Positions 34,011-43,380 of a stretch of 64,000 bases of DNA are shown in pieces (within the stretch, counting starts at the first letter, position 1; the number at the start of each line of letters is the position of its first letter). Source of the DNA: Piedraia hortae CBS 480.64 (lineage: Eukaryota); the NCBI GenBank assembly GCA_010093745.1, contig MU005997.1, positions 1 through 64,000 of the forward strand, given 5' to 3'. The translations under genes and the position numbers were made by a program. Below the pieces are notes generated by a model that saw only the letters and a program-made list of their open reading frames with translations, was not told the DNA's origin and searched no databases.

Positions 34011-35432
34011 ATGAGCCTCAAGCTAAAAGGGCCCAAGCGGCCGGCAGGCGATTCGCAGCCTGAGTCCAAGGCCTCATCGCCGATGCGGGCCGCGAGCGGT
34101 GGACCGAAGCTGAAGCTTACGTTTTCTCAGCCAGCGACGCCAGTAGAGCAAACGGGCGGGTTTCCCGAAGGACACCAACCTGTATCGCGCAAACTATCAA
34201 TCAAACTCCCAACAGAAAAACCATGGTCGCAAAGCATGAACCAGAACCGCGTGGGCAAGTCCCGCGCAGGCATGCAGAGGAAGAAGTTGTCTATAACAAC
34301 ATTGAACACAAAACGGCCTCCGCCGCCACGTCCGCACGGTGTGGGCTACGATAGTGAGGAAAGCGATCGCGAAGAAGACCCGGCCATTCAACAAGGCGTC
34401 ATCCTGCGAATGCAGCCCGGTCCCGATGCGGAGCTCGTGCGCGCCGCAATCAGTAATAATAAAATCGGCTCCAAGGAGGAGCTCGGCGTCGATGTTGGGC
34501 TAAGGTTCCTGACGAGCGACTTTCGTCGCGCGACGTTGCGCGTGCAGAATCGGCTGTATGCCGCTGTGCTGGTGGATTTGCCGTGCATTATTGAGTCGAT
34601 GAAGAGTTGGGATCGGAAGGGCTGGTGGAAGGTCGCAGATATTCATCAGATGTTGCTTGTCCTTGGGAGGGTACAGAGTGATGAGGAGGCTAAGATTTAT
34701 CCCCTACCCCGGGAGGTCGATAGCGAGAAGATGCAATATCCCCACGGACTGACACCGCCGATGCGTTACGTGCGTCAGAGAAGGTTCAGGAAGCGAATGG
34801 GTAATAAACAGGTTGAGAACGTTGAGGATGAGGTCGAGAGGTTGCTTAGGGAGGATGACGAGTGGGAGAGCAAGTACAAAGACGCCAAGATCACGTTGAA
34901 AGAATTTACACCGGCCGAGTACGAGCGACACATGGAGGTTGAAGATATGGAAATGGATAATGTGGTGCAGTCACCAGATGCGATCGATGAGGAGAACGAA
35001 GACGAGGACGACGTGGCTTTCCAGCATGACCTGGAAGCTGCCTTTGCAGAGGCCGCAGACCCTCATGCAGGGGCAGAGTCGCCGCTCGTCTCGGCCACGG
35101 GCTTCGACAGCCCCGTTGCCTTTGCTGACGGCGATATTGCAATGGCAGAAACGCCCGTCGAAACCTCTACGCCAATGCATGACGAGGAATCGGAGAGTGA
35201 GTCAGAGGAAGACGACTATGATGATGAAGACGAGGACGCAGCTGCCCAAGCGGCTGAAAAGGCACAGCAGTTGGAGGAAGTTGCTGATCTCGAGCGCGAG
35301 ATTGAGGCAGCCAAGGTCAAGGCTAATACCATGACCAACCAACTTCTCAAGCGTAGGGAGATGGAGAAGATTGCCAAGCTGGGAGACGATCTCCGCATGA
35401 AAAAGGCCACGTATGGCCTGGATGATGATTGA
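34011..35432 (+). CDS. TAF7: TFIID subunit 7 (TAFII55 N domain)
   Basis: GVILRMQPG..YAAVLVDLPCIIESMKSWDRKGWWKVADIHQML..YPHGLTPPMRYVRQRRFRKR. Confidence 0.92.
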   Translation: MSLKLKGPKRPAGDSQPESKASSPMRAASGGPKLKLTFSQPATPVEQTGGFPEGHQPVSRKLSIKLPTEKPWSQSMNQNRVGKSRAGMQRKKLSITTLNTKRPPPPRPHGVGYDSEESDREEDPAIQQGVILRMQPGPDAELVRAAISNNKIGSKEELGVDVGLRFLTSDFRRATLRVQNRLYAAVLVDLPCIIESMKSWDRKGWWKVADIHQMLLVLGRVQSDEEAKIYPLPREVDSEKMQYPHGLTPPMRYVRQRRFRKRMGNKQVENVEDEVERLLREDDEWESKYKDAKITLKEFTPAEYERHMEVEDMEMDNVVQSPDAIDEENEDEDDVAFQHDLEAAFAEAADPHAGAESPLVSATGFDSPVAFADGDIAMAETPVETSTPMHDEESESESEEDDYDDEDEDAAAQAAEKAQQLEEVADLEREIEAAKVKANTMTNQLLKRREMEKIAKLGDDLRMKKATYGLDDD

Positions 35433-35497
35433 TTCCCATTAGTCAATAGCCTCAAGGTTATGTACTGTATACCCAACCTATGATAGACCGATTTCGC

Positions 35498-36250
35498 TTA
35501 TTGACGTGCATTCACAATCTGCACAAACTCGGGCTTCAACGAAGCACCGCCGACGAGGAAACCGTCAATGTCGCTTTCCTTGGCCAAGTCGCGGCAGTTC
35601 TTCTCGTTGACGCTGCCTCCGTAGATGATGCGCGTCTTCTCCGCCGCATCCTTGCTGACGGACTTGCCCAACCACTCTCTAACCTCCTTGTGAACCTCCT
35701 GCGCCTGCTGTGTAGTGGCCACCTGGCCCGTTCCAATGGCCCAGACCGGTTCGTAGGCGATGACAATTTTGCTCCAGTCCTTGACCTGCTTGGCCACGGC
35801 ATCTAGCTGGCGAGTGACCACGTCGATCGTCTTGTTCGCTTCCCGCTGCTCAAGCGTCTCGCCGCAGCAGAGAATGACGCCCACGCCGCCATCCAGAGCG
35901 GCCTTGGTCTTCTGTGCAACAAAGTCGTCGCTCTCGTTGAGGAGAGAACGACGCTCGCTGTGGCCGACAAGGGCCCAGCTGATCTTGCTGTCCTTTAGCT
36001 GCGACACCGAAATCTCACCCGTGAATGCGCCATTGGGCTTGTCAAATACGTTCTGAGCGGCCACTTCGATGCCGGAGCGGAGGTTCTCGCGGGCAATGAG
36101 CAGATAGAGGGCAGGTGGTGCGATGACAACCTCGGTGTTCTTGTCCAGGGAGGCTGAGTTGAGGTTCGAGATGATTTCCTTGATGGAGGAGATTGTGCCG
36201 TTCATCTTGAAGTTGCCTCCAACGAAGAACTGTCGGTTTGAAGAAGCCAT
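35498..36250 (-). CDS. TPI1: Triosephosphate isomerase (no coding introns)
   Basis: FFVGGNFKMNG, GAFTGEIS, GHSERR, AYEPVWAIGTG, YGGSV, GFLVGGASLKPEF. Confidence 0.98.
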   Translation of the reverse strand: MASSNRQFFVGGNFKMNGTISSIKEIISNLNSASLDKNTEVVIAPPALYLLIARENLRSGIEVAAQNVFDKPNGAFTGEISVSQLKDSKISWALVGHSERRSLLNESDDFVAQKTKAALDGGVGVILCCGETLEQREANKTIDVVTRQLDAVAKQVKDWSKIVIAYEPVWAIGTGQVATTQQAQEVHKEVREWLGKSVSKDAAEKTRIIYGGSVNEKNCRDLAKESDIDGFLVGGASLKPEFVQIVNARQ

Positions 36251-36526
36251 TGTGGTAGACGGATGGTAGGAGAGCTACAGGTAAGACGGGAGTGTAAGGA
36301 AAACAGGTAGAGCGAGAGTGCAAGAAGAAGATGATGACTGCTCGACATGTGTCGAACTGACGTCAAAGAGGGGGAGGGGCACAGGCCAAATTCGGCCAAT
36401 AGCCGATCAATAATACAGAAATGGAGCCTCCCTTACACGTAATAATGCACAAGAGCCGGGCTTACCAGGGAGGTAGTCCGACTCACCGTTGACTCTCTCT
36501 TCCCCGTTAGTGGTTTCGGCCTTAGC

Positions 36527-37679
36527 CTAGTACCGTCGACGCTGTCTGGGGTCGTCATACCCACCTTCGTAGCTTCGTTTTTGTCCAGCGTATCCGCCGT
36601 CACGGTCGCGGTAACTGCCCCGGGGCGGGAGCGGTTCGTAGTTGGCGCTTCTTCGTTCGTCTCGGCCGTAACCAATGCCCGATCTCGAACCTCCAGGCAC
36701 GGAACCTCCTCTGCCGTAGCCTCCAAAGCCGCTTCCACCTCCACCGCGCGGTCCTCCACGGTTTCGGAACCCACCACGGTCGTTGAATCCCCCGCGGAAG
36801 CCTCCTCGGAAGCCTCCAGGTCCCATGGGCGGGCCGTAGCCATGTGGCCTTGGGGGCACAACCTTTGTATAGTGTCGCTTACCGAGTCCCCCGCCAAATC
36901 GAACCGGTTTCCACCCTTGTACGGTGCGGCCACGCTCAACATCGACCAGGACTTTGCGTCCGCGTATTGAAAACGACTCGGTTTCCTTGTATGCAGCTGC
37001 AAACACAGTCAGCGAGATACCAGGACACCAGACGTGAGCCTACCTTTCATGTCGCGCTCTCGCTCAAACTCGACAAACCCATATCCCCTGCTCTGGCCAG
37101 TTCTATCCTTTGGCTTCGTTGTTCGTGTAACATCCTTTTCTTGCTCCTCTTTGTCTTCCTTTGCGTCGGGCTTTGCATAAGTCACAACTCTGACTCTGGC
37201 AATGGGCCCAAACCGATGGAAAGCCGCCAAGAGATCGTTCTCTTTTGCGTCGTAGGGCAGGCGCGCCACGAACAGGGTGCGAAACGGATCACCGCTGATC
37301 TTCGGATCCTCGTGGGGTTTGTACAGTTCCTTTACACCTTCATTGACCAGCCAGTCGTGACGAGTCTGTTTCTCGCGCTTTTCCCGGTCGCGCTTTTGCA
37401 TCTGAGACTCGGTCGGCGTGTAGGGCGCGGACTCCTCATCGCGGAGCATGGAAAGGAACGCACCCACTCCCGTAATCTGTGCCGTCGCTCGCTTCTCGAG
37501 AGGGTAGTCGCATGGTGGAATGTAACGCAGTGGAGGACCTAAATTGTCAGTTTGGGGAACTTTGTTGAGCCGGCGCAGGTGGATTTACGAGCTGTGAAAA
37601 GCGCACGCAGATTAGGAGGTCTGAATTGTTAGTCGCCGTGCTTTAGACAAGGCAAGTGTGCATACAGCTTATCAGTCAT
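36527..37679 (-). CDS. SNP1: U1 snRNP 70 kDa protein, 4 exons
   Basis: [79 protein letters not shown]. Introns ~37621-37666, ~37539-37589, ~36996-37044. Confidence 0.92.
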
Positions 37680-37805
37680 AATGGTGTTGTGGTCGCGTGT
37701 CTTGTGTCTGTCTGTCAATGGTTTGTGGTTCGCGGAACTCGGGGAATTTTCCTTTTTGGGAACTTGCGACCGCACCATCAGTCACTCCATCACAATCCAC
37801 CAGCC

Positions 37806-38317
37806 ATGACTGTCACCGCGATACGAACCATAGCCAAGGCTCAGGTGAGTCGATTTTCGGTGGAAACTACGTAGAAGCTGACAGTGGTAGAACGGAGTGG
37901 GTTACTTTATCCTTGCGTGCAAGAAGATAGATTTCCATTACTGCGACTGGGCAGGAAGTTCGCGAGGGATGAAGTAATAATCCTCGACAAAGTTGCTCAT
38001 GTGTTTTTGATACTGACCCTCCCAGCGCATTCATCAAGCATTCTTTAAAGTCTTTTGCTCAAGCAAACCCTGCAATCGAAATCACAGTCTCACCTCGACC
38101 GGGAAAACACCCCGTCATGATAGGAACATATATCAACGGCGAACAAAAGCCTATCTGCGTAAGGAACCTCGAGCCTAGTGCAATTTTACAAAAAGCAGAA
38201 TTATTGAAGAATGCAACCGGAGGCAGACTAAAGAAGCAAAAGAAGCCCGTCAACAGCGCAAATGAGAGCATAAGAGGCGTGTGGAGTCCGTTCCACGACG
38301 CTGAATGGAAAATTTGA
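37806..38317 (+). CDS. MRPL51: Mitochondrial large-subunit ribosomal protein mL43 (MrpL51), 3 exons
   Basis: MTVTAIRTIAKAQ|NGVGYFILACKKIDFHYCDWAGSSRGMN|AF..PGKHPVMIGTYINGEQKPICVRNL..NESIRGVWSPFH. Introns 37845-37890 and ~37974-38025. Confidence 0.9.
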
Positions 38318-38882
38318 TTGTAACTGAATTCCTGTATGTTAGGGGTGGGTGGGGTCTCGCTGGCGCCGGCAATGCAAGAACTGTTTTATTCGAAGTTGCA
38401 CATAGCGAAGTTGTGTAGCATACGGATAGGTACCTGTGTCCCAACAATGCCATTGCCGAAGACACGTGTGGCAATGTTGGTTGAACTGTAACACCAGATT
38501 GGGGAGGACGACATGGTCGCACTCGGCAAAGACGCAGAGCACGTCGTCGGATCATACGCAAACCCGGTTAAGGTTAGATTGTTCAATTGACCAATTCCCA
38601 CAAGTCCAACTGCCACAATGTGGATCCTCCAGCTCAGATGGAGGGGCAACACAGCAGTCAGATGACATATCTGACGCACTTTCAATATTCCAAAAGGGAA
38701 CAAAGAAGGGTGAGTGTGTGAGTCGTGCAAGTAGTCATCCCGCAGGATGACCTCATTCAAACATGCCTGTGAGATTCAGCCTTCTGCTAAGGTTTGGTGG
38801 CGGCTTATCCATCCGTTCAGCGGCTGCACTGCCTTCCCCCGCCCGGCCCGTTTTCTTCATCGCCTCTCACTGCCACAGAACA

Positions 38883-39569
38883 ATGCCCAGCTCAATCATG
38901 GATATAACATATAGCGATCCGCGCACGGGCGAGCGCGCGCGAGATAGGAGGAGAGTCCAAGAAATTCCTTATGACCAAGTCGAAAACCTGAGGCGACAGG
39001 GAATTGATTGCATCATGAGGGGGGATTCGGTACCCCGAAATGACAGAGAGGGCGTGCCCAGGATGGTGCGCGACGATGATGCACTGTTTGAAAGAGACCA
39101 GGCCCTCGCTCGTCGATACCGCGATGAGTACGACGGCCAGAGGGTCGCGCCCTATAACCGCCGTCGCAAGTCGTATGATGATTATGACGACTACAGCGAC
39201 GAGGAGTACGACCACAGACGTCGAGATCGCGATGAGCGCCACCGCCATCACCGTAGGCACGATGATCGTCGCGGGTCCAACGCCAAGAAGGATGACGTTC
39301 TTTGGTGGAGCATGCGCAACCGTGATGAAGCCAATTTCTTGGAGCGCAACCTCGATTCATCCTATGATGGGTTGCTCGCGAGTGCCGCCGGAGCTGCTCT
39401 GGGCGCTGTGACGGCGAGGAGCTTTGCAGGAGAGGAAAAGTCCAAGATGAAGATGGTCGGCGGCGCAGTCATAGGCGCGGCAATGTTCAATGCTCTCGAG
39501 AACAAGTGGAGGGTCAGCCAGGAGAGAGACGTCAGGAATCTGGACGAGAGACGCAAGGAATCGAGGTAA
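38883..39569 (+). CDS. Hypothetical Arg/Asp-rich protein with a glycine-zipper-like C-terminus
   Basis: Long ORF containing GLLASAAGAALGAVTAR..MVGGAVIGAAMFNALENKW. Confidence 0.7.
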   Translation: MPSSIMDITYSDPRTGERARDRRRVQEIPYDQVENLRRQGIDCIMRGDSVPRNDREGVPRMVRDDDALFERDQALARRYRDEYDGQRVAPYNRRRKSYDDYDDYSDEEYDHRRRDRDERHRHHRRHDDRRGSNAKKDDVLWWSMRNRDEANFLERNLDSSYDGLLASAAGAALGAVTARSFAGEEKSKMKMVGGAVIGAAMFNALENKWRVSQERDVRNLDERRKESR

Positions 39570-39604
39570 AGTGCGAATAGGGTATCATATTACGAGAGCA
39601 GATC

Positions 39605-40234
39605 TCATAGTTCTTCATCGTCTTCGTTTCCCTTGTTCTCAGCCGGAGTGATGGTCAGTTGCGCCAGGCCTTCCATGTTCTGCAGTTGCTGTGTGGTCTG
39701 CGTAGGCTTCCCGGTGGGCATAGTTTGCCCAGTCTGCAACGCCCTGGGGAGCTGCAGGGCATTGGGCAACGTGCTGGCCGTCCTGAGTGGTAGGATGAAC
39801 GTTGGCGCCGCCTCCTCCTTGACCGGCTCCTTTTCCCGGGGCTCGGCTAAGTCCAGACTGGAATTTTCCTTCTCCCTTGTGAATTCCTCCACAATGCTTT
39901 CATTGAGCAGTTCCCAATCGTGTCTCCTACGGTGAGTTCTCCTCCCTTTTGCTTGGCTATCGGCAACCTTTTTTTCCAGCTTCAGCACGTTGATTCCTGC
40001 CTTTTCAAGCATGCGTTCATGGCGGAGCTTCTGGTGGCGCGTGAGGTTTTTGCTCCTCTTCCTGGAGATTCCGTTGGTCTGGCTGGCGCTATGGAGCCAG
40101 GGCTTGTATTCGGTTCCTTGCTTCGCCGTGCCATGATTTTCCCGGCCTTGGCGAGAGGTGAACTTGGCTACAAAGGTTAGTGTCTGAGTCTAGCGGGGCA
40201 GCGCCTGGACATTACCTTTCTTCTCCCTCGCCAT
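39605..40234 (-). CDS. ALB1: Alb1-like pre-60S shuttling factor, 2 exons
   Basis: MAREKK|AKFTSR..GISRKRSKNLTRHQKLRHERMLEKA..LEKKVADS..RRRHDWELLNE. Intron 40168-40215. Confidence 0.75.
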
Positions 40235-40645
40235 GGTGTGTCGTTCGGGTGTGTCCGCCAAGATTTCGCGTCGATCACCACATGCGACATGTGACAGGAA
40301 GGCTTAGTCAGCTGGCGTGTGCCAGCTTAGTCAGCTACCCTGCAGCAGCAGCCGTTGTCTGGAGGGCCTTTCAGAGTACCCATGTAGACAAGTAAAAGAT
40401 GTCAAGGCAATCCCTTGAGACTGCAGCCAGACCAGCTTAGTACTGCATGTCCCACAGAGGGCCAAGTAACCAGCAGCTATCGTCCACTTACGCCCACGAG
40501 ACAGCAACAAAAGGCCAAAGAACAAACACCAGATGAAAGGCATTAGAATCTGGTGACGTCACAAGCGAAATCGCTCCTTCCCAACCGGGCAATTATTTAA
40601 CGCTAAAGTCACCTACCCCAGGGAACTAGGTTCCTAGGTCAAAAA

Positions 40646-43093
40646 ATGGAGCGCTGGAGTTCCCCACACCACAATCAAAATTCGTCTGAACAAGTAAGCA
40701 ACAGCTTTTTTGGCGCTCACGCTCTCATAGTGTGCGGCATCATCTACATTATAGTCACGAAAACGCACTTAATTAAGCGCTCTGCCTGGGCTACTCTGGT
40801 CTGGCTAACTCCTTCACGCTTGCTACTGACATCAGGGGAGCGCCAAGGCCCGTCTTGGCAAGTCTGGCAGAGCAAAAGCCAATCCCTCAAAGAGCGACTG
40901 CACCCCATCCGCCGTAGGTTAAAGCGATTCGCCATGAAGAGCACCGTTGGCATCATCGGCTCTATCGCAGAGATGGAATCGCACAAGCCGCTCGGGCTGG
41001 GCAACAGTGACAACTCGTGCTATCAAAACAGCATCCTACAGGGCTTGGCATCTCTTCTATCCCTTCGAGAATATCTCAGCATATTTGACAAGCGGGGCCT
41101 TATCATGGAGGACCTTTATCTCCTACTTTCGGCGCTCAACTCCCCTGAAAGGCCCACATGGAAGCCCTTCATCTGGACCCCGGCTAGGCTTAAGAACATG
41201 GACAGCGTGACCCAGCAGGATGCACAGGAGTACTTTTCCAAACTCGTAGACGAGATTTGTAAAGAAGCGGCTGAGCGCCTCAAGTCCAACCCGAAGCCTG
41301 GCCTGGAGGGCCTCAACGCTTGTACAAAAGACGCTTCGGACGAGGAGCAAAAACAGCCCACGAATCCACTCGAAGGCCTCATTGCTCAGCGTGTCGTGTG
41401 CACCACCTGTGGCTTTTCCGAAGGTCTATCTTTGACTCCGTTTAACTGCCTCACGGTTCCCCTGGAGCGGGAAGAGAAGTGCAGTGTTGGACAGTGTCTA
41501 GACGATTACACCAAAGCTGAGGACATTAACGGAGTAGAATGTGTCAGGTGTACCCTTCTTGCTGCAGAGAAGCAGCTGACGCTCATGCTTGGTCGGTGCG
41601 ACCCGTCCCAAAAGGGCCAGAAAGAGTTTTATGATGACCTTTCTTCCCGGCTCTCTGCTGTGAAGTATTCTCTCCGTAACGACGTGTATTCGGACAAGAA
41701 CCTACGAGAGAATTGTAAAATCAGCAAATCGAATTACCGATGTAGCACCAAAACAAGACAGGCAGTCATCGCCCGCGCACCAAAAGCCTTGGCCATTCAC
41801 ATCAACAGGAGTGTTTTTAATGAAGCGACTTTTGAGCTGGTCAAAAATCACGCAACGGTCGACTTTGACATGGGATTAAATCTGAGCAAGTGGATGTTGG
41901 GTCCGACTGATGCTGAGAGCCCTTCTGAAGAGGACCAGAAGGCTGTTCAAATGGCCATCACCGGCGGCAAGACCACGCCAGAGATCAAGTCTCTTCTCGG
42001 CGGCATGAACGAGCAAGTCAAGTACAATTTGAGGGCTGTTGTTGCACATTATGGCCGGCATGACGACGGGCATTACGTCTGTTTTAGGCAGCACGCAGTA
42101 CATGATGATGGTAATGGTGATAACAGTGGCGGCACAAAGTCTAGCAGTGACGAGGTATCACACAATAACGGCACGGCCGTCGAGCCCATTACAGACCGTC
42201 AAGAGCCCATGAAATCGCAGTGGTGGGTTTTCAGTGACGAAGATGTAAGGCCGTATCCTGAAGAGGGTGTCCTTGCGCAAAAGGGGGCCTTTATGTTGTT
42301 CTACGAATTGGAGGGCGATCCCTTGCCAGCAGCGGGGGCAGCTCCACAGAGCAAGGAAACCGAATGCCCATCCCTCGCGGAAGACGTCTCGTCAGGCGTA
42401 CAAACCCCGCACGCTATATCACCAAGTGCCCACGGCTCAGAAGAGCTGTCTGATATATCCCTCTCAACCACGGACGTTTTGTTCTGTGAGTCGTCTGCTG
42501 ACGACTCTTCGTCAAGTTCGATGAATACAGAGTCCGAAGCAGATTTCTTCCTAGCTCAGCTTCAGATCCCGAAGTCTGCCAGCTCAGCGGAGCAGACCTC
42601 AGCCGTCATGGAAACGTCAGACATGGAGCAGTCAGCAGCCGTCGCAGAAACGCCAAACACGGAGAACTCAGCGGCGGAACTTGGCACGCCAGCCAGGGAC
42701 AATACTCCATCCCCATGTCCCAAAAAAGAGGACCCTTCCACCGAAATACAAGACCTTTCTATGGAGAAGGAAGACCTTCCCATGAAGAAGCAAGACCTCC
42801 CTATGGAGAAGCAAGACCTACCGGTCGAACAAGAAGACCTCCCCGTCGAGAAGAAAGCCCTCCCCAACGAGAAGGACCCCTTCACAGACGAAAATTGCCC
42901 TCCTGGGGCCCTATCCATACCTACAAAGACCACGCCAGAGATCGACACCGAATCCCATTCTGTGAGAGATTTCGAAGGAGGATCGCCGCCGAAACGCCAG
43001 AGGATCCATCCTCCCATGCGTACCGCTCATGATGCCGACGACTCTCCTGCTGCGAATCAGTTCTGGTATATTGGTATGGCTACTTCGCGTTAG
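40646..43093 (+). CDS. Ubiquitin-specific protease (USP/C19), Ubp1-like with N-terminal transmembrane segment
   Basis: Cys box GLGNSDNSCYQNSILQGL, QQDAQEY, LAIHINRS, His box YNLRAVVAHYGRHDDGHYVCFR, WWVFSDEDV, FMLFYE. Confidence 0.9.
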   Translation: MERWSSPHHNQNSSEQVSNSFFGAHALIVCGIIYIIVTKTHLIKRSAWATLVWLTPSRLLLTSGERQGPSWQVWQSKSQSLKERLHPIRRRLKRFAMKSTVGIIGSIAEMESHKPLGLGNSDNSCYQNSILQGLASLLSLREYLSIFDKRGLIMEDLYLLLSALNSPERPTWKPFIWTPARLKNMDSVTQQDAQEYFSKLVDEICKEAAERLKSNPKPGLEGLNACTKDASDEEQKQPTNPLEGLIAQRVVCTTCGFSEGLSLTPFNCLTVPLEREEKCSVGQCLDDYTKAEDINGVECVRCTLLAAEKQLTLMLGRCDPSQKGQKEFYDDLSSRLSAVKYSLRNDVYSDKNLRENCKISKSNYRCSTKTRQAVIARAPKALAIHINRSVFNEATFELVKNHATVDFDMGLNLSKWMLGPTDAESPSEEDQKAVQMAITGGKTTPEIKSLLGGMNEQVKYNLRAVVAHYGRHDDGHYVCFRQHAVHDDGNGDNSGGTKSSSDEVSHNNGTAVEPITDRQEPMKSQWWVFSDEDVRPYPEEGVLAQKGAFMLFYELEGDPLPAAGAAPQSKETECPSLAEDVSSGVQTPHAISPSAHGSEELSDISLSTTDVLFCESSADDSSSSSMNTESEADFFLAQLQIPKSASSAEQTSAVMETSDMEQSAAVAETPNTENSAAELGTPARDNTPSPCPKKEDPSTEIQDLSMEKEDLPMKKQDLPMEKQDLPVEQEDLPVEKKALPNEKDPFTDENCPPGALSIPTKTTPEIDTESHSVRDFEGGSPPKRQRIHPPMRTAHDADDSPAANQFWYIGMATSR
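42590..42872 (+). repeat. Coding minisatellites in the USP tail: ~3 x 36 bp and ~6 x 21 bp
   Basis: EQTSAVMETSDM/EQSAAVAETPNT/ENSAAELGTPAR; QDLSMEK/EDLPMKK/QDLPMEK/QDLPVEQ/EDLPVEK/KALPNEK (AAGACCT core). Confidence 0.8.
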
Positions 43094-43380
43094 GTGTAGA
43101 ACAAGCAGGGTACTTCACAGCTTAACCAAGAAAAGTTCGACCAGGAAGGCTAACCAAAAGTTTCATCAACATAAAAGCTAGAATCAGAAAAAAAGGGGTA
43201 GGATTTGAAAAATTTATTGATTGGAATGACCTTTGAAACGCTCTTTTCAGGGCATTTCTCGGTGGGAACGATAGCATACCTCTTCCCCAATGTGAGCCAG
43301 TCTATGATTACCATCCACAAAGAAATCAAAAGTTTATACATACAACAAAGCGAAGCGAAGGGACACTAACAACATTAACC

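Noticed and set aside
35498..35512. Cryptic peroxisomal targeting of TPI1
   Set aside because: The protein ends in -ARQ with TAA GCG; this is neither a canonical PTS1 nor a TGA-CTA readthrough context.
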